Of a stretch of DNA of 33,246 nucleotides, positions 16,660-25,229 are shown piece by piece. The stretch's first letter is position 1; every line of letters starts with the position of its first letter. Source of the DNA: an uncultured bacterium (GTDB lineage Bacteria; Bacteroidota; Bacteroidia; Chitinophagales; CAIOSU01); assembly GCA_903861055.1 (NCBI GenBank), contig CAIOSU010000241.1, forward strand, positions 1 to 33,246. Direction: 5' to 3'. The notes below the pieces were generated by a model. The model had not been told where the DNA came from. It did no database searches and saw only the letters and a program-made list of their open reading frames with translations. A program made the position numbers and the translations under genes.

Positions 16660-17214
16660 TTGTTAAAGCCAAGAAAACCTTTTGATCGCCGCCCACAGCA
16701 GCAAGAATCAGCACACCGCCTGAACCGTGATATCCGTGCTTTGAATGTGCGTTTGGTCGGCGAAAATGTGGAACCCGGTATTTTTGATACCCGTAAAGCC
16801 CTTAACCTAGCCGAAGAGTTGGGATTAGACTTAGTGGAAATATCGCCAAAAGCCGATCCACCCGTTTGCCGTATAGTAGACTATAATAAGTTTCTGTACG
16901 AGAAGAAGAAGAAAGAAAAGGAAATCAAGGCTAAGGCAACTAAAACCGTGATTAAGGAAGTACGTTTTACACCGAACACTGATGACCACGATTTCGAGTT
17001 CAAAACCAAGCATGCTGAAAACTTCTTGAAAGAAGGTGCCAAGGTTAAAGCCTACGTGCAGTTTAAAGGAAGGGGTATTTTGTTTCAAGAGCGCGGAGAG
17101 TTGATGTTGTTGAAATTTGCCGAGCGATTGGCAGAATTGGGAGTGCTAGAGCAAATGCCGAAGCTAGAAGGACGCCGAATGATAGCGTTTTTGGCGCCAA
17201 AGCCAAAAAAATAA
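16660..17214 (+). CDS. infC: Translation initiation factor IF-3
   Basis: 184-aa ORF with IF-3 N- and C-domain sequence (VRLVGENVEPGIF...LDLVEISPKADPPVCRIVDYNKF). No in-frame ATG or GTG lies upstream, so the start is the non-AUG codon TTG at 16660. Confidence 0.93.
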   Translation: MLKPRKPFDRRPQQQESAHRLNRDIRALNVRLVGENVEPGIFDTRKALNLAEELGLDLVEISPKADPPVCRIVDYNKFLYEKKKKEKEIKAKATKTVIKEVRFTPNTDDHDFEFKTKHAENFLKEGAKVKAYVQFKGRGILFQERGELMLLKFAERLAELGVLEQMPKLEGRRMIAFLAPKPKK

Positions 17215-17237
17215 TAGACAGAAAGAAATATTATCCA

Positions 17238-17245
17238 TATCTTTG
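17238..17245 (+). promoter_or_regulatory. Candidate internal -7 promoter box (TATCTTTG) for rpmI-rplT
   Basis: Exact TAnnTTTG match in the infC-rpmI spacer, 17 nt upstream of the rpmI ATG. Confidence 0.3.
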
Positions 17246-17262
17246 CCAAAATTTTTACGTCG

Positions 17263-17460
17263 ATGCCTAAAATGAAAACCAACTCGAGTGCCAAAAAACG
17301 TTTCAAGTTAACGGGCTCTGGTAAAGTAAAGCGTGCACACGCCTTCACAAACCACATTCTTACCAAAAAGAGCCACAAGCGCAAGAAAGCTTTGGGTCAA
17401 TTTGCCATTGTGGACCCTACTGATGAGCAACGAGTGAAGCGCATGTTGGCCATGGCTTAA
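17263..17460 (+). CDS. rpmI: 50S ribosomal protein L35
   Basis: 65-aa basic [39 protein letters not shown], in the canonical position between infC and rplT. Confidence 0.95.
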   Translation: MPKMKTNSSAKKRFKLTGSGKVKRAHAFTNHILTKKSHKRKKALGQFAIVDPTDEQRVKRMLAMA

Positions 17461-17520
17461 GCCTAGCACAACAGCCAAATAGAGAATTGTAGATTTAAGA
17501 AAAGAGTAAAACAATAAAAA

Positions 17521-17865
17521 ATGCCTAGGTCAGTAAATCACGTTGCTTCCCGAGCTCGCCGTAAGAGGATGTTGAAGTTGGCGAAAGGTTATTTCGGTCG
17601 CCGGAAGAACGTTTGGACAGTAGCCAAGAATGCCATTGAAAAAGGTTTGGTATATGCATACCGTGACCGTAAAGCCAAGAAACGTGAGTTCCGCTCTTTG
17701 TGGATCGCTCGTATCAACGCTGCCGTTCGCACCGAAGGTTTGAGCTATAGCCAATTCATCCACAAGCTGGATGTAGCAAACCTTAACCTTAACCGCAAAG
17801 TTTTGGCCGATTTGGCCATGAACCACCCAGAGGCTTTCAAAGCCGTGGTTGCTAAGGTAAAGTAA
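17521..17865 (+). CDS. rplT: 50S ribosomal protein L20
   Basis: 114-aa [33 protein letters not shown]...[22 protein letters not shown]. Confidence 0.97.
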   Translation: MPRSVNHVASRARRKRMLKLAKGYFGRRKNVWTVAKNAIEKGLVYAYRDRKAKKREFRSLWIARINAAVRTEGLSYSQFIHKLDVANLNLNRKVLADLAMNHPEAFKAVVAKVK

Positions 17866-17889
17866 GTTACTTATAACTATACACCTATA

Positions 17890-17923
17890 GGCCGCTCCCC
17901 AAAGGAGTGGCCTTTGTGTCTTT
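17890..17923 (+). terminator. Intrinsic terminator of the thrS-rplT operon
   Basis: GGCCGCTCC-CCAAA-GGAGTGGCC gives a 9-bp stem including one G-U pair, followed by TTTGTGTCTTT. Confidence 0.75.
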
Positions 17924-17926
17924 GGG

Positions 17927-17966
17927 GTAGTTGATTAGTTAATTGGTTGATTGGTTATTAGTTGTT
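17927..17966 (+). repeat. TTGGTTA-type intergenic repeat (17-mer exact at 17943-17959)
   Basis: Read directly. It lies immediately downstream of the rplT terminator. Confidence 0.9.
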
Positions 17967-18204
17967 GTTTGTTCTAACCACCCCTTTTATCATGCCGATT
18001 TTGAGAGGCATCTTCTTGAGCAATCTGTTGGACTTCAAAAATGCTAGTTAAAATAAGGCTTAACGGGTGAGCCTCAAAACACCCAAACCCGCTCCAACAT
18101 TAATTAAAAGTACACGACAAAACCCCAAGCAAAGTAAAAGTGCAGTTACTCGGAATCAATCCCAACGCATTTTCGTTACTTTGCCTATAGCAAGCTGAGA
18201 TACC

Positions 18205-18702
18205 ATGTCAAACTCCAACCTTTTTACCCAACTGCCCTCCACAAGCCGCGTGTGGGTATACCAAAGCAATAAGGTATTTACGCCCGACCAAGCAGCAAGT
18301 GTGCAACGGGATATTGCGGCATTTGTAAGCGGCTGGACAGCACACAAGCTAAAAGTGGCCGCTGGTGGCGAGTTGGTATACAACCGCTTCGTTATTCTGG
18401 CTGCCGATGAGCGGGAGGTGGGCGTGAGTGGCTGCTCCATTGATAGCTCGGTGCACTTTATAAAAGAGCTAGGTGCAAAGTACGGTGTGGACTTCTTTGA
18501 CCGGTTTAATGTAGCTTATAAAATTGGCAATGAAGTGGACTCGGCAAATAGAGCAGGGTTCGAAGCTTTTTTAGCTCAAGGCGCTATTACCCCCGACACA
18601 CTAGTGTATAACAACCTAATTGAAACCCTCAGCGACCTACATACTAAGTGGGAAGTACCCTTTAAAGAGAGCTGGCACAGCCGGCTTTTTCAGCTAACAT
18701 AG
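18205..18702 (+). CDS. Conserved hypothetical protein
   Basis: 165-aa ORF with ordinary coding-like composition. From memory, similar Bacteroidota proteins are often auto-annotated as ABC transporter ATPase without any Walker motifs, and none are visible here. Confidence 0.7.
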   Translation: MSNSNLFTQLPSTSRVWVYQSNKVFTPDQAASVQRDIAAFVSGWTAHKLKVAAGGELVYNRFVILAADEREVGVSGCSIDSSVHFIKELGAKYGVDFFDRFNVAYKIGNEVDSANRAGFEAFLAQGAITPDTLVYNNLIETLSDLHTKWEVPFKESWHSRLFQLT

Positions 18703-18856
18703 GCATCAAATTTTGGTGGTTTTAAGAAGTTTTTCAGTTTTTTTCAAAATTAAATAACTGAAAACCAATCATTTGAGATTATTTGAAAAATCTTTCAACG
18801 CACCTGTAACCTTTTCAAATGCTTTGCGTAAAAGAAGTTAATAAAAACACGGAGAT

Positions 18857-18985
18857 ATGAACAAGATGATGAGAATTGGAGCCGCAGTATGTGTTTTAGC
18901 ATTTTTTACCAGCTTTACCATGCCACAAGAACAATCGCAAGTTCAAGTAGAGAAATCTACTACCGAAGTTGTTGCTTGCTTGTAA
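18857..18985 (+). CDS. Possible small exported peptide (42 aa)
   Basis: ATG at 18857 and TAA at 18983-18985. It translates to MNKMMRIGAAVCVLAFFTSFTMPQEQSQVQVEKSTTEVVACL, with a hydrophobic N-terminus. It sits alone in a 414-nt gap and has a strong terminator 88 nt downstream. There is no homology evidence. Confidence 0.25.
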   Translation: MNKMMRIGAAVCVLAFFTSFTMPQEQSQVQVEKSTTEVVACL

Positions 18986-19072
18986 GGTAAGCATAACTGC
19001 CTGGTATAACCTAGGAGGTTCATACCCATAAACAGTACTTTATTAGTAGCCTAGGCTACATAACATACTAGG

Positions 19073-19093
19073 GTCCACTTCGGTGGACTTTTT
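19073..19093 (+). terminator. Intrinsic terminator
   Basis: GTCCAC-TTCG-GTGGAC followed by TTTTT. The U-tract is present only in the plus-strand sense. Confidence 0.75.
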
Positions 19094-19116
19094 AATTGCC
19101 CCTACCCTCGCATTGC

Positions 19117-20586
19117 TTATAAACCAAAAACAAAATGCCCGAACAAAAGCATGGTGCCAGTAATAAGGACTGCACCTGCCAAATCCAACAAGAAGCCCGC
19201 ACGAGCCATTTCTCTGGCAGTTATCATTTCCGAACCGAATACAATGGTGTTTGGCGCGGTAGCCACTGGAAGCATAAAGCCCAACGATGCGGCGAATGTA
19301 GCAGGCAACATTAAATATAATGGATTAATGCCCGACCCAATGGCTATAGCCGCCAAAATGGGCAGCACCAACGTAACCGTAGCCACATTGCTGGCAAACT
19401 CACTCAACAAGGTTACCAATACACAAATCAAAAAAATCATTGCCCAAGCAGGTAATGCGGTGAGGAAGGAGATTTCGCCAGCCAACCAATCGGCCAAGCC
19501 CGATACTCCGAACCCTTCAGCCAAGGCAAACCCGCCACCAAACAACAGTATTACACTTAGCGGCATTTTTTGCACCGTTTTCCAATCCATCAATGTGGAT
19601 TTTTTGTCTTTTTTGGAAGGTATTAAAAACAATATGCTCGCCATGGCAATAGCCACCGTACCATCCAGAAAATAGCCTTTGTTATCCCCAAAAAAACTGG
19701 CCCAGCCAGGAAAACTGAATCTGCCAATATTGGCTTCGGCACGGGTAAACCACAACAGTGCTGTAATGCCAAAAATCAAGCTCACCATTTTTTCCTCGTA
19801 GGTCATTTTGCCCAACGAGGCATATTCGCTTTTAAAAATGTGCAGCGTTTCTGCTGGATTTTCCAACGTAGGTATTTTGTGCTGCCAGCGCAAGATGCCA
19901 TAGCAAGCAAAAAGCATCATCAGCGACGTTGGAACCCCATATATAAACCACTGTAAAAACGTAACCTGCGGCTGATTCGGGAAGATGGCCTGAAACTGAG
20001 ATACGAATATCATATTGGTAGGCGTGCCTATCATGGTAGCCATACCACCAATACTGGCCGCGTAGGCAATACCCAATAAAAACGACTTCGCCACGGGCAT
20101 GGCCCTATCGCCCAGCAAATCTTTCATTTTGGCTATTACAGCAAGGGTGGTAGGCACCATCATCATAGTAGTGGCCGTGTTGCTTATCCACATGGAGATA
20201 AAGTAGGTGGCCGCCATCATGCCCAACAATACTAGCTTTAAGTCGGTGCCGATGATAAGAATTGTTTTGAGTGCGATGCGCCGGTGGAGGTCCCATTTTT
20301 CCATTGCAAAGGCTAATATAAACCCACCAATAAAGAGCATCAGCACATCGTTCATATACAGTGGCGCCACAGCCTTGGCACCCATAATACCTAACAAAGG
20401 AAACAGAAACACCGGCAAGAAAGACGTAACCGCGAGTGGCACAGCCTCGGTAATCCACCACATCGCCATCCAAATGGTTACCAATCCCATGGCGGATACC
20501 ATTGGCTCAGGCTGTACGGACTCAAACATAGCCCAAGTGGCAATACCCAAAGCTGGACCCAATATTATTTTTAGCCACTGGTTCAT
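19117..20586 (-). CDS. DASS/SLC13 family anion:sodium symporter
   Basis: 489-aa polytopic membrane ORF. It carries the two hairpin-tip SNT/SNV motifs (WISNTATTMMMVP and FASNVATVTLVLP) typical of divalent-anion:Na+ symporters. Confidence 0.9.
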   Translation of the reverse strand: MNQWLKIILGPALGIATWAMFESVQPEPMVSAMGLVTIWMAMWWITEAVPLAVTSFLPVFLFPLLGIMGAKAVAPLYMNDVLMLFIGGFILAFAMEKWDLHRRIALKTILIIGTDLKLVLLGMMAATYFISMWISNTATTMMMVPTTLAVIAKMKDLLGDRAMPVAKSFLLGIAYAASIGGMATMIGTPTNMIFVSQFQAIFPNQPQVTFLQWFIYGVPTSLMMLFACYGILRWQHKIPTLENPAETLHIFKSEYASLGKMTYEEKMVSLIFGITALLWFTRAEANIGRFSFPGWASFFGDNKGYFLDGTVAIAMASILFLIPSKKDKKSTLMDWKTVQKMPLSVILLFGGGFALAEGFGVSGLADWLAGEISFLTALPAWAMIFLICVLVTLLSEFASNVATVTLVLPILAAIAIGSGINPLYLMLPATFAASLGFMLPVATAPNTIVFGSEMITAREMARAGFLLDLAGAVLITGTMLLFGHFVFGL

Positions 20587-20646
20587 TAAAGGAGGTTAGG
20601 TTGCTAAGTTAATATTAATGAGGAATTTGAAAGTAACCATCTAAAG

Positions 20647-21531
20647 CTAACTCGGCCTGGTGCGCCACCAAAAAGCCAAAGCAAAGCCCGAGATAATATG
20701 CCAGATACCCCACCAAGCGGCAATAAGCGCCATGCCGCCCGAGCCACCAAAAAAATTGAAAACCAGCACCAACCCGAGGCCCGAGTTCTGTATGCCCGAC
20801 TCTATCGCCACCGAACGCCTATCGGGTTCTGGTAGCCGGAACAGGTATGCTAAGCCGTAGCCGCTGGCCAATGCTAGGGCATTGTGTACAAACACCAGTA
20901 GCATCACCACATCAAGATAAGCGACGAATACATGGGCATTTTTAGTAAACGCCATAGCCACAAAAGCTACAAACACCAGCATAGAAAGGTTGCTTATAGG
21001 TTTGCGTATTCTATCCGTTAGGGTCGGGAACTTATAATTGAAGGCCATACCTAGCAGAAGAGGCAACAATAAGATTACTAATATGGATTGGAACATAGCC
21101 CAAGCATCCATAACTATTTCTTGCTCATTTTCCGTGCCAGGCAGTAGGCTGCTCCAAAAAGCAAAATTGATGGGTGTGGCAAAAATGGCTACTATAGTAG
21201 AAATAGCACTAATGGACACCGAAAGTGCCGCATTGCCCCGAGCATATTGGCAAAGGAAGTTAGAGATATTGCCGCCCGGGCATGCCGCCACCAGTATCAT
21301 ACCCAGTGCCATGGCAGGGTCAGGTTTCCAAACCAGTATCAACAAATAAGTAAGAGCTGGCATGGTAACAAACTGCGCTAGCAAACCCACCAACGACGAC
21401 TTTGGGGTGTCCATTACCCTACGGAAATCAGCCCATTTCAAATCAAGCGCCACGCCAAACACAATAAACCCGATACAAATGTTAAGGGCTATTAAGTTGT
21501 TTTCGTTAAAATTAAGTTGGATGGTTTCCAA
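20647..21531 (-). CDS. Bile acid:sodium symporter (BASS/SBF) family transporter
   Basis: 294-aa membrane ORF with the family-typical ACPGGNISNF segment. The start codon as tracked is TTG (plus-strand CAA at 21529-21531). Confidence 0.85.
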   Translation of the reverse strand: METIQLNFNENNLIALNICIGFIVFGVALDLKWADFRRVMDTPKSSLVGLLAQFVTMPALTYLLILVWKPDPAMALGMILVAACPGGNISNFLCQYARGNAALSVSISAISTIVAIFATPINFAFWSSLLPGTENEQEIVMDAWAMFQSILVILLLPLLLGMAFNYKFPTLTDRIRKPISNLSMLVFVAFVAMAFTKNAHVFVAYLDVVMLLVFVHNALALASGYGLAYLFRLPEPDRRSVAIESGIQNSGLGLVLVFNFFGGSGGMALIAAWWGIWHIISGFALAFWWRTRPS

Positions 21532-21538
21532 GAAGGTT

Positions 21539-21566
21539 ACGAGTTGCGAGTTACGGGTTACAAGTT
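21539..21566 (+). repeat. Four tandem heptamers (ACGAGTT GCGAGTT ACGGGTT ACAAGTT)
   Basis: Read directly. The repeat nearly abuts (8 nt from) the BASS start codon and is C/A-rich when read in the mRNA (minus) sense. Confidence 0.85.
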
Positions 21567-21664
21567 AAATTCTGCATTATATGGGAAAACAATATTAATT
21601 TCTAGACGATTAGCGATAAAACTTGGCTTGGTTCTAATTTTTAAAACTCGAAACCCGTAACTAA

Positions 21665-22741
21665 CTAATTGTCCGCTGCCCAACATACTTGTATTTCCCT
21701 TGGGCAGTTATATGGCAAGCGACCATGGGAAGTGCTGAAATTATCAACAGCCAATACATCGCCCTTGTGCCAAGAGAAAATGACCATGTTTTTCCAAATC
21801 ACCTCCTCCACATGTTTAACGTACGACACTGGTATTGGCGTGCCGTCGCGAAAAGTACAATTCATGGCCTGGTCGCCTTCTTTAGTGGTTAACTTTTTAA
21901 TGCTGCTCATTAAAGAGGTAAAAACATTGAAACTTGCAGCCCTTAGGTTTTTTTGGCGCTTGGCTATATAGCCATACTCAATGGCAGCAGCAGCCTCATG
22001 AAACACTTGCAAATGGTTAAACCAAACCTTCTCGCCCGTAACGGGGTGCTTAGCAATGGCCTCCTGGTCATTTATAAGTACCAGCTTATCATCATCTTTC
22101 CAATGGAACTCCAGTCCGTTCTTTTTGCACGATTCTTCAACCACTTTTTTATCGGTGGTCAGAAACATCTCATCCCAACGTTTTAGCTTCCACAGGTCAA
22201 ATTTTGCTTTGGCCGATGGACCATTATAGTTCCTGACATTTTTGATGCCTTTACGCTCAAACTCCTCACGTATCATGGGGTCCAAGTCTTGGTATACTTT
22301 ACGGAAATCCACTATTGGTGTCTCCCCTCCTTCCGTTGGCTCAATATGGCAATAAAAAAACAACTTGCGCGGCGGATTGGGCAAAAAGCTCATTTCGCAA
22401 TGCTGCATAATTGGGTAGTAAGGTGGCAATTCGCTGGCAGAGAATACATACTTGCTCACGGCATTTCGAGGCGAAGTGCCGAGATAATTATTTTTCAAAT
22501 CGGGATCAACACCTTGGGCTACGTTTTCAAACTGCTCTGGCCCATTCACATCAAAGCCACGAAACAAAATGGCTCCGTGCTCAATAATTTTTTGGTTTAT
22601 AAATGCTTTGTTTTCTTCAAGCCAATGCTTCAAGGTACTGGCATCATTTGGCGCACCCTCTGCAGGCTCAATCAACAGCGGAAGTTGTTGTCCTGATTTT
22701 AAAGATGATATTTTTACGATACTAGCAAGCTGGGTTTCCAT
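21665..22741 (-). CDS. TauD/TfdA family Fe(II)/2-oxoglutarate-dependent dioxygenase
   Basis: 358-aa ORF with an H-x-E facial-triad context (IMQHCEMSF), a distal His/Arg context (NFSTSHGRLPY) and a SyrP/clavaminate-synthase-like overall pattern. Confidence 0.85.
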   Translation of the reverse strand: METQLASIVKISSLKSGQQLPLLIEPAEGAPNDASTLKHWLEENKAFINQKIIEHGAILFRGFDVNGPEQFENVAQGVDPDLKNNYLGTSPRNAVSKYVFSASELPPYYPIMQHCEMSFLPNPPRKLFFYCHIEPTEGGETPIVDFRKVYQDLDPMIREEFERKGIKNVRNYNGPSAKAKFDLWKLKRWDEMFLTTDKKVVEESCKKNGLEFHWKDDDKLVLINDQEAIAKHPVTGEKVWFNHLQVFHEAAAAIEYGYIAKRQKNLRAASFNVFTSLMSSIKKLTTKEGDQAMNCTFRDGTPIPVSYVKHVEEVIWKNMVIFSWHKGDVLAVDNFSTSHGRLPYNCPREIQVCWAADN

Positions 22742-22862
22742 TTCTTATAATTTAGCATCGAAAAAATACGAAAAAAAAGGTGGATGGGGAAATCTCTGTA
22801 GCTTTTATTGCTTAGCAACCGCAGTAACCAAGCCCACTGTAAGTGTTTAATATCCTCAGCAG

Positions 22863-22890
22863 AAATAAGCTAAATCAATTTAGCTTATTT
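22863..22890 (-). terminator. Perfect 28-nt AT-rich palindrome, a possible terminator
   Basis: AAATAAGCTAAAT-CA-ATTTAGCTTATTT has 13-nt perfect arms and overlaps the stop codon (22885-22887) of the 222-aa ORF. Confidence 0.4.
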
Positions 22891-23553
22891 TCCATCTACA
22901 ATAAAAACCCGCTCTTTAACCCATCCATCGACATCAGTAGAATCAAATGGTGGCTGCATATATGGTTCTTCTGGTTTTGGGTGTACTTTGTAACCAGTCG
23001 GGTCTAACAATTGCTGGTGACAACCAATACCACTGCTGTTTACCATAAAAAACTGGCTATAGTTCTGGTCCTCCTCGGGCACAAAAATCATCATCGGGGT
23101 ATCAAACATTTCCTTTGGTAGCGTATCCTCATCGGTTGGGTAAGTGGCCCACCCAATGGCTATAGGTTCGGCCGCTAAATCTAATGGATAGACAATGTAG
23201 TTTAACAATTCACAAAAAACTTCATAAGCAATATCGTACGGAAAAACTATTGCCAACCTATTGTCTTGTGCTACTATTATTTCAGGCCAAACCGTTATAG
23301 TCTCGTCATTCCGTGCTTCGCAAAAAGCAATTAAAACATGCTGCAACTGCTCTTGGGTAATGTTACTTACTACTATCAATTTATCATTTGCCACTACATG
23401 GTTGGTATCCAGCGGCTCCAACTGCACTGCTGAACGTTCTCTAACATGACGATTGCGCAATTGGTTGCGCCTATAACGGTAAAGAAAGGCTACCGTAAAA
23501 ATTACCAATAGCCCACCATAAATCATATTTACATCAAAGGTCATAAAGCGCAA
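22885..23553 (-). CDS. Hypothetical N-terminally membrane-anchored protein
   Basis: 222-aa ORF with a single N-terminal hydrophobic helix (IYGGLLVIFTVAFLY) followed by a basic stretch (RYRRNQLRNRHVR). I recognise no motif. Confidence 0.6.
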   Translation of the reverse strand: MRFMTFDVNMIYGGLLVIFTVAFLYRYRRNQLRNRHVRERSAVQLEPLDTNHVVANDKLIVVSNITQEQLQHVLIAFCEARNDETITVWPEIIVAQDNRLAIVFPYDIAYEVFCELLNYIVYPLDLAAEPIAIGWATYPTDEDTLPKEMFDTPMMIFVPEEDQNYSQFFMVNSSGIGCHQQLLDPTGYKVHPKPEEPYMQPPFDSTDVDGWVKERVFIVDGK

Positions 23554-23601
23554 TAAGTTGAAGAGCTAAGATAGCCAAAACAAGCACAAAGGCATCCAAA
23601 A

Positions 23602-24198
23602 TCATTTTACATAATCAACCTCAACGGTTTTGGTTTTGGCAAAGCCATTAGGCAATATGGCTTGGGTAGGCAGTTTCAGTAACTGATAGAGTATCTTGTT
23701 CAATAGCTTAGCTTCTCCCTCGTTTCTGGTAGTAATAAGCTTCCGTTCTTTGCCGCTTAAGAGTATTAAACATACTACATAGCCATTTCTAGCGGTGGTT
23801 ATACGTGCGCGTGCATCGCAATAGCGCATACCTTGCAGGTCGTTAAAAGCCAAAGTTGTTTTGTTAAGCTGTAGGGTTTTTAACTTGCCATTAACTACTA
23901 TTACCGGACTTAATATCATGGGCATATATGCTAAAAAAGCGCCCATAAATAACGTAACCAAGCCCAACAACATAACCTGCGATGGCTCTGATGGTAAATA
24001 TGGAACCTTAAATGATACCCCAGCTATAACCATTAATACCCCAGGCACCCAAATAGCATATGCCAGTGCCCACTGCCTTTTGGCGCTTCGGGTTATGGTT
24101 ACTATATCGCCTTGCTGAACCAAATCATGCTCTACTGGCATTAGTTTGGCAACAACACTATAACTGATAAAGAAAACAGCAAACAGTAAAACTATCAC
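23602..24198 (-). CDS. Hypothetical membrane protein (3 TM segments plus a small soluble C-terminal domain)
   Basis: 198-aa ORF. Its start overlaps the upstream stop codon by 4 nt (24195-24198). Hydrophobic segments are at residues about 1-17, 43-62 and 75-98. Confidence 0.65.
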   Translation of the reverse strand: MIVLLFAVFFISYSVVAKLMPVEHDLVQQGDIVTITRSAKRQWALAYAIWVPGVLMVIAGVSFKVPYLPSEPSQVMLLGLVTLFMGAFLAYMPMILSPVIVVNGKLKTLQLNKTTLAFNDLQGMRYCDARARITTARNGYVVCLILLSGKERKLITTRNEGEAKLLNKILYQLLKLPTQAILPNGFAKTKTVEVDYVK

Positions 24199-25229
24199 GG
24201 GCGCAGTGCTTGAGGTTGAATAGTGTACTTACTACCAGGCTTAGGTAGTATAATGGCCATCGAGCCCGCAAAAGTACTAACTAAATGCTGATAATTAGCC
24301 TCTACTTTGGCTTTTGGAACCGTTTTTAGTGGTTGGTTGGTACTTCTAAAAAAATTCTCCCAATGGGTACAAAACACAATGGGAGCGTGGCAATGGTTTA
24401 TTACCAACTCAGAGTAATCAGTCTCTTTGCCATGAACTGCCTGAGACAGCAAAACGACATCTACTGCCTTTTCTTGCAACATGGATTTAGGAAAAAGCCC
24501 TTTACTACCATGTGCCGATGAAGATTGAGAAAAAACGCGGTACACAGGCACTCCATCTTCCATAAAATCGATAAGGTAAGATAATGGCAAGCCGCGTTTA
24601 TAGTCACTACCTTTTACGGGTATCTCTTTCAAATCTTCGGTGTAAGGGCCTGGAAACAATGTTATGCCCATAAAATGCGGCGGGTGGCTACTTACAAATG
24701 CCATGGTTCTAACGGTGCTATCAGTGCTATAAATCCATTGTCCTAGGGTACTATCGGTTCCAGCAACATCGTTCAACGTTAGCAGTGTTTGCTTTGGCTT
24801 GGCTGCTGCTAGAATGTGTTTGGTAGTGTTGCTTCCGGCTGTAATGGCTTCTGTGGGCAAGCGGGGCAACAAAGGGGGCAAATCCATTAAGTGGTCATAG
24901 TGCGCATGACTAATAAGCACTAGCTTGGTATCAATAAGGTCAGTATCATTAAAAACTGCGTTCACCAAAGCCGTATCGGGGTATATCTTGCCGAACAAAA
25001 CTTTCTTACTTGGGGGATTGCTCACAAATGGATCTGTGAGCACCACACTGTTGCCATACCTAATAATAAAGCTAGTAACGCCGTTAAAAGCAATATTAAG
25101 TGGCTGTGATGCGCTACTGGCAACAGGCAAGTTGCAGCCTGTATTAATAATGCTTTGATTGTGAATGTATGAACTACATCCACCAAAAATACACAATGCC
25201 CATAACCATAAGTATGGGCTTCGGTACAT
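24195..25229 (-). CDS. MBL-fold metallo-hydrolase, probable lipoprotein
   Basis: 344-aa ORF with the HxHxDH motif (ISHAHYDHLMD) and a lipobox-like N-terminus (LCIFGGCSS). Its start shares one nucleotide with the upstream stop codon (TAATG). Confidence 0.85.
   Translation of the reverse strand: MYRSPYLWLWALCIFGGCSSYIHNQSIINTGCNLPVASSASQPLNIAFNGVTSFIIRYGNSVVLTDPFVSNPPSKKVLFGKIYPDTALVNAVFNDTDLIDTKLVLISHAHYDHLMDLPPLLPRLPTEAITAGSNTTKHILAAAKPKQTLLTLNDVAGTDSTLGQWIYSTDSTVRTMAFVSSHPPHFMGITLFPGPYTEDLKEIPVKGSDYKRGLPLSYLIDFMEDGVPVYRVFSQSSSAHGSKGLFPKSMLQEKAVDVVLLSQAVHGKETDYSELVINHCHAPIVFCTHWENFFRSTNQPLKTVPKAKVEANYQHLVSTFAGSMAIILPKPGSKYTIQPQALRP

Noticed and set aside
17914-17921. Extra TTGTGTCT copy as a regulatory site
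   Set aside because: It forms the T-rich tract of the rplT terminator, so its presence is explained.
19151-19675. 174-aa plus-strand ORF (and 20207-20599, 20105-20473)
   Set aside because: These ORFs lie entirely inside, and antisense to or out of frame with, the well-supported DASS transporter gene. Their translations are low-complexity.
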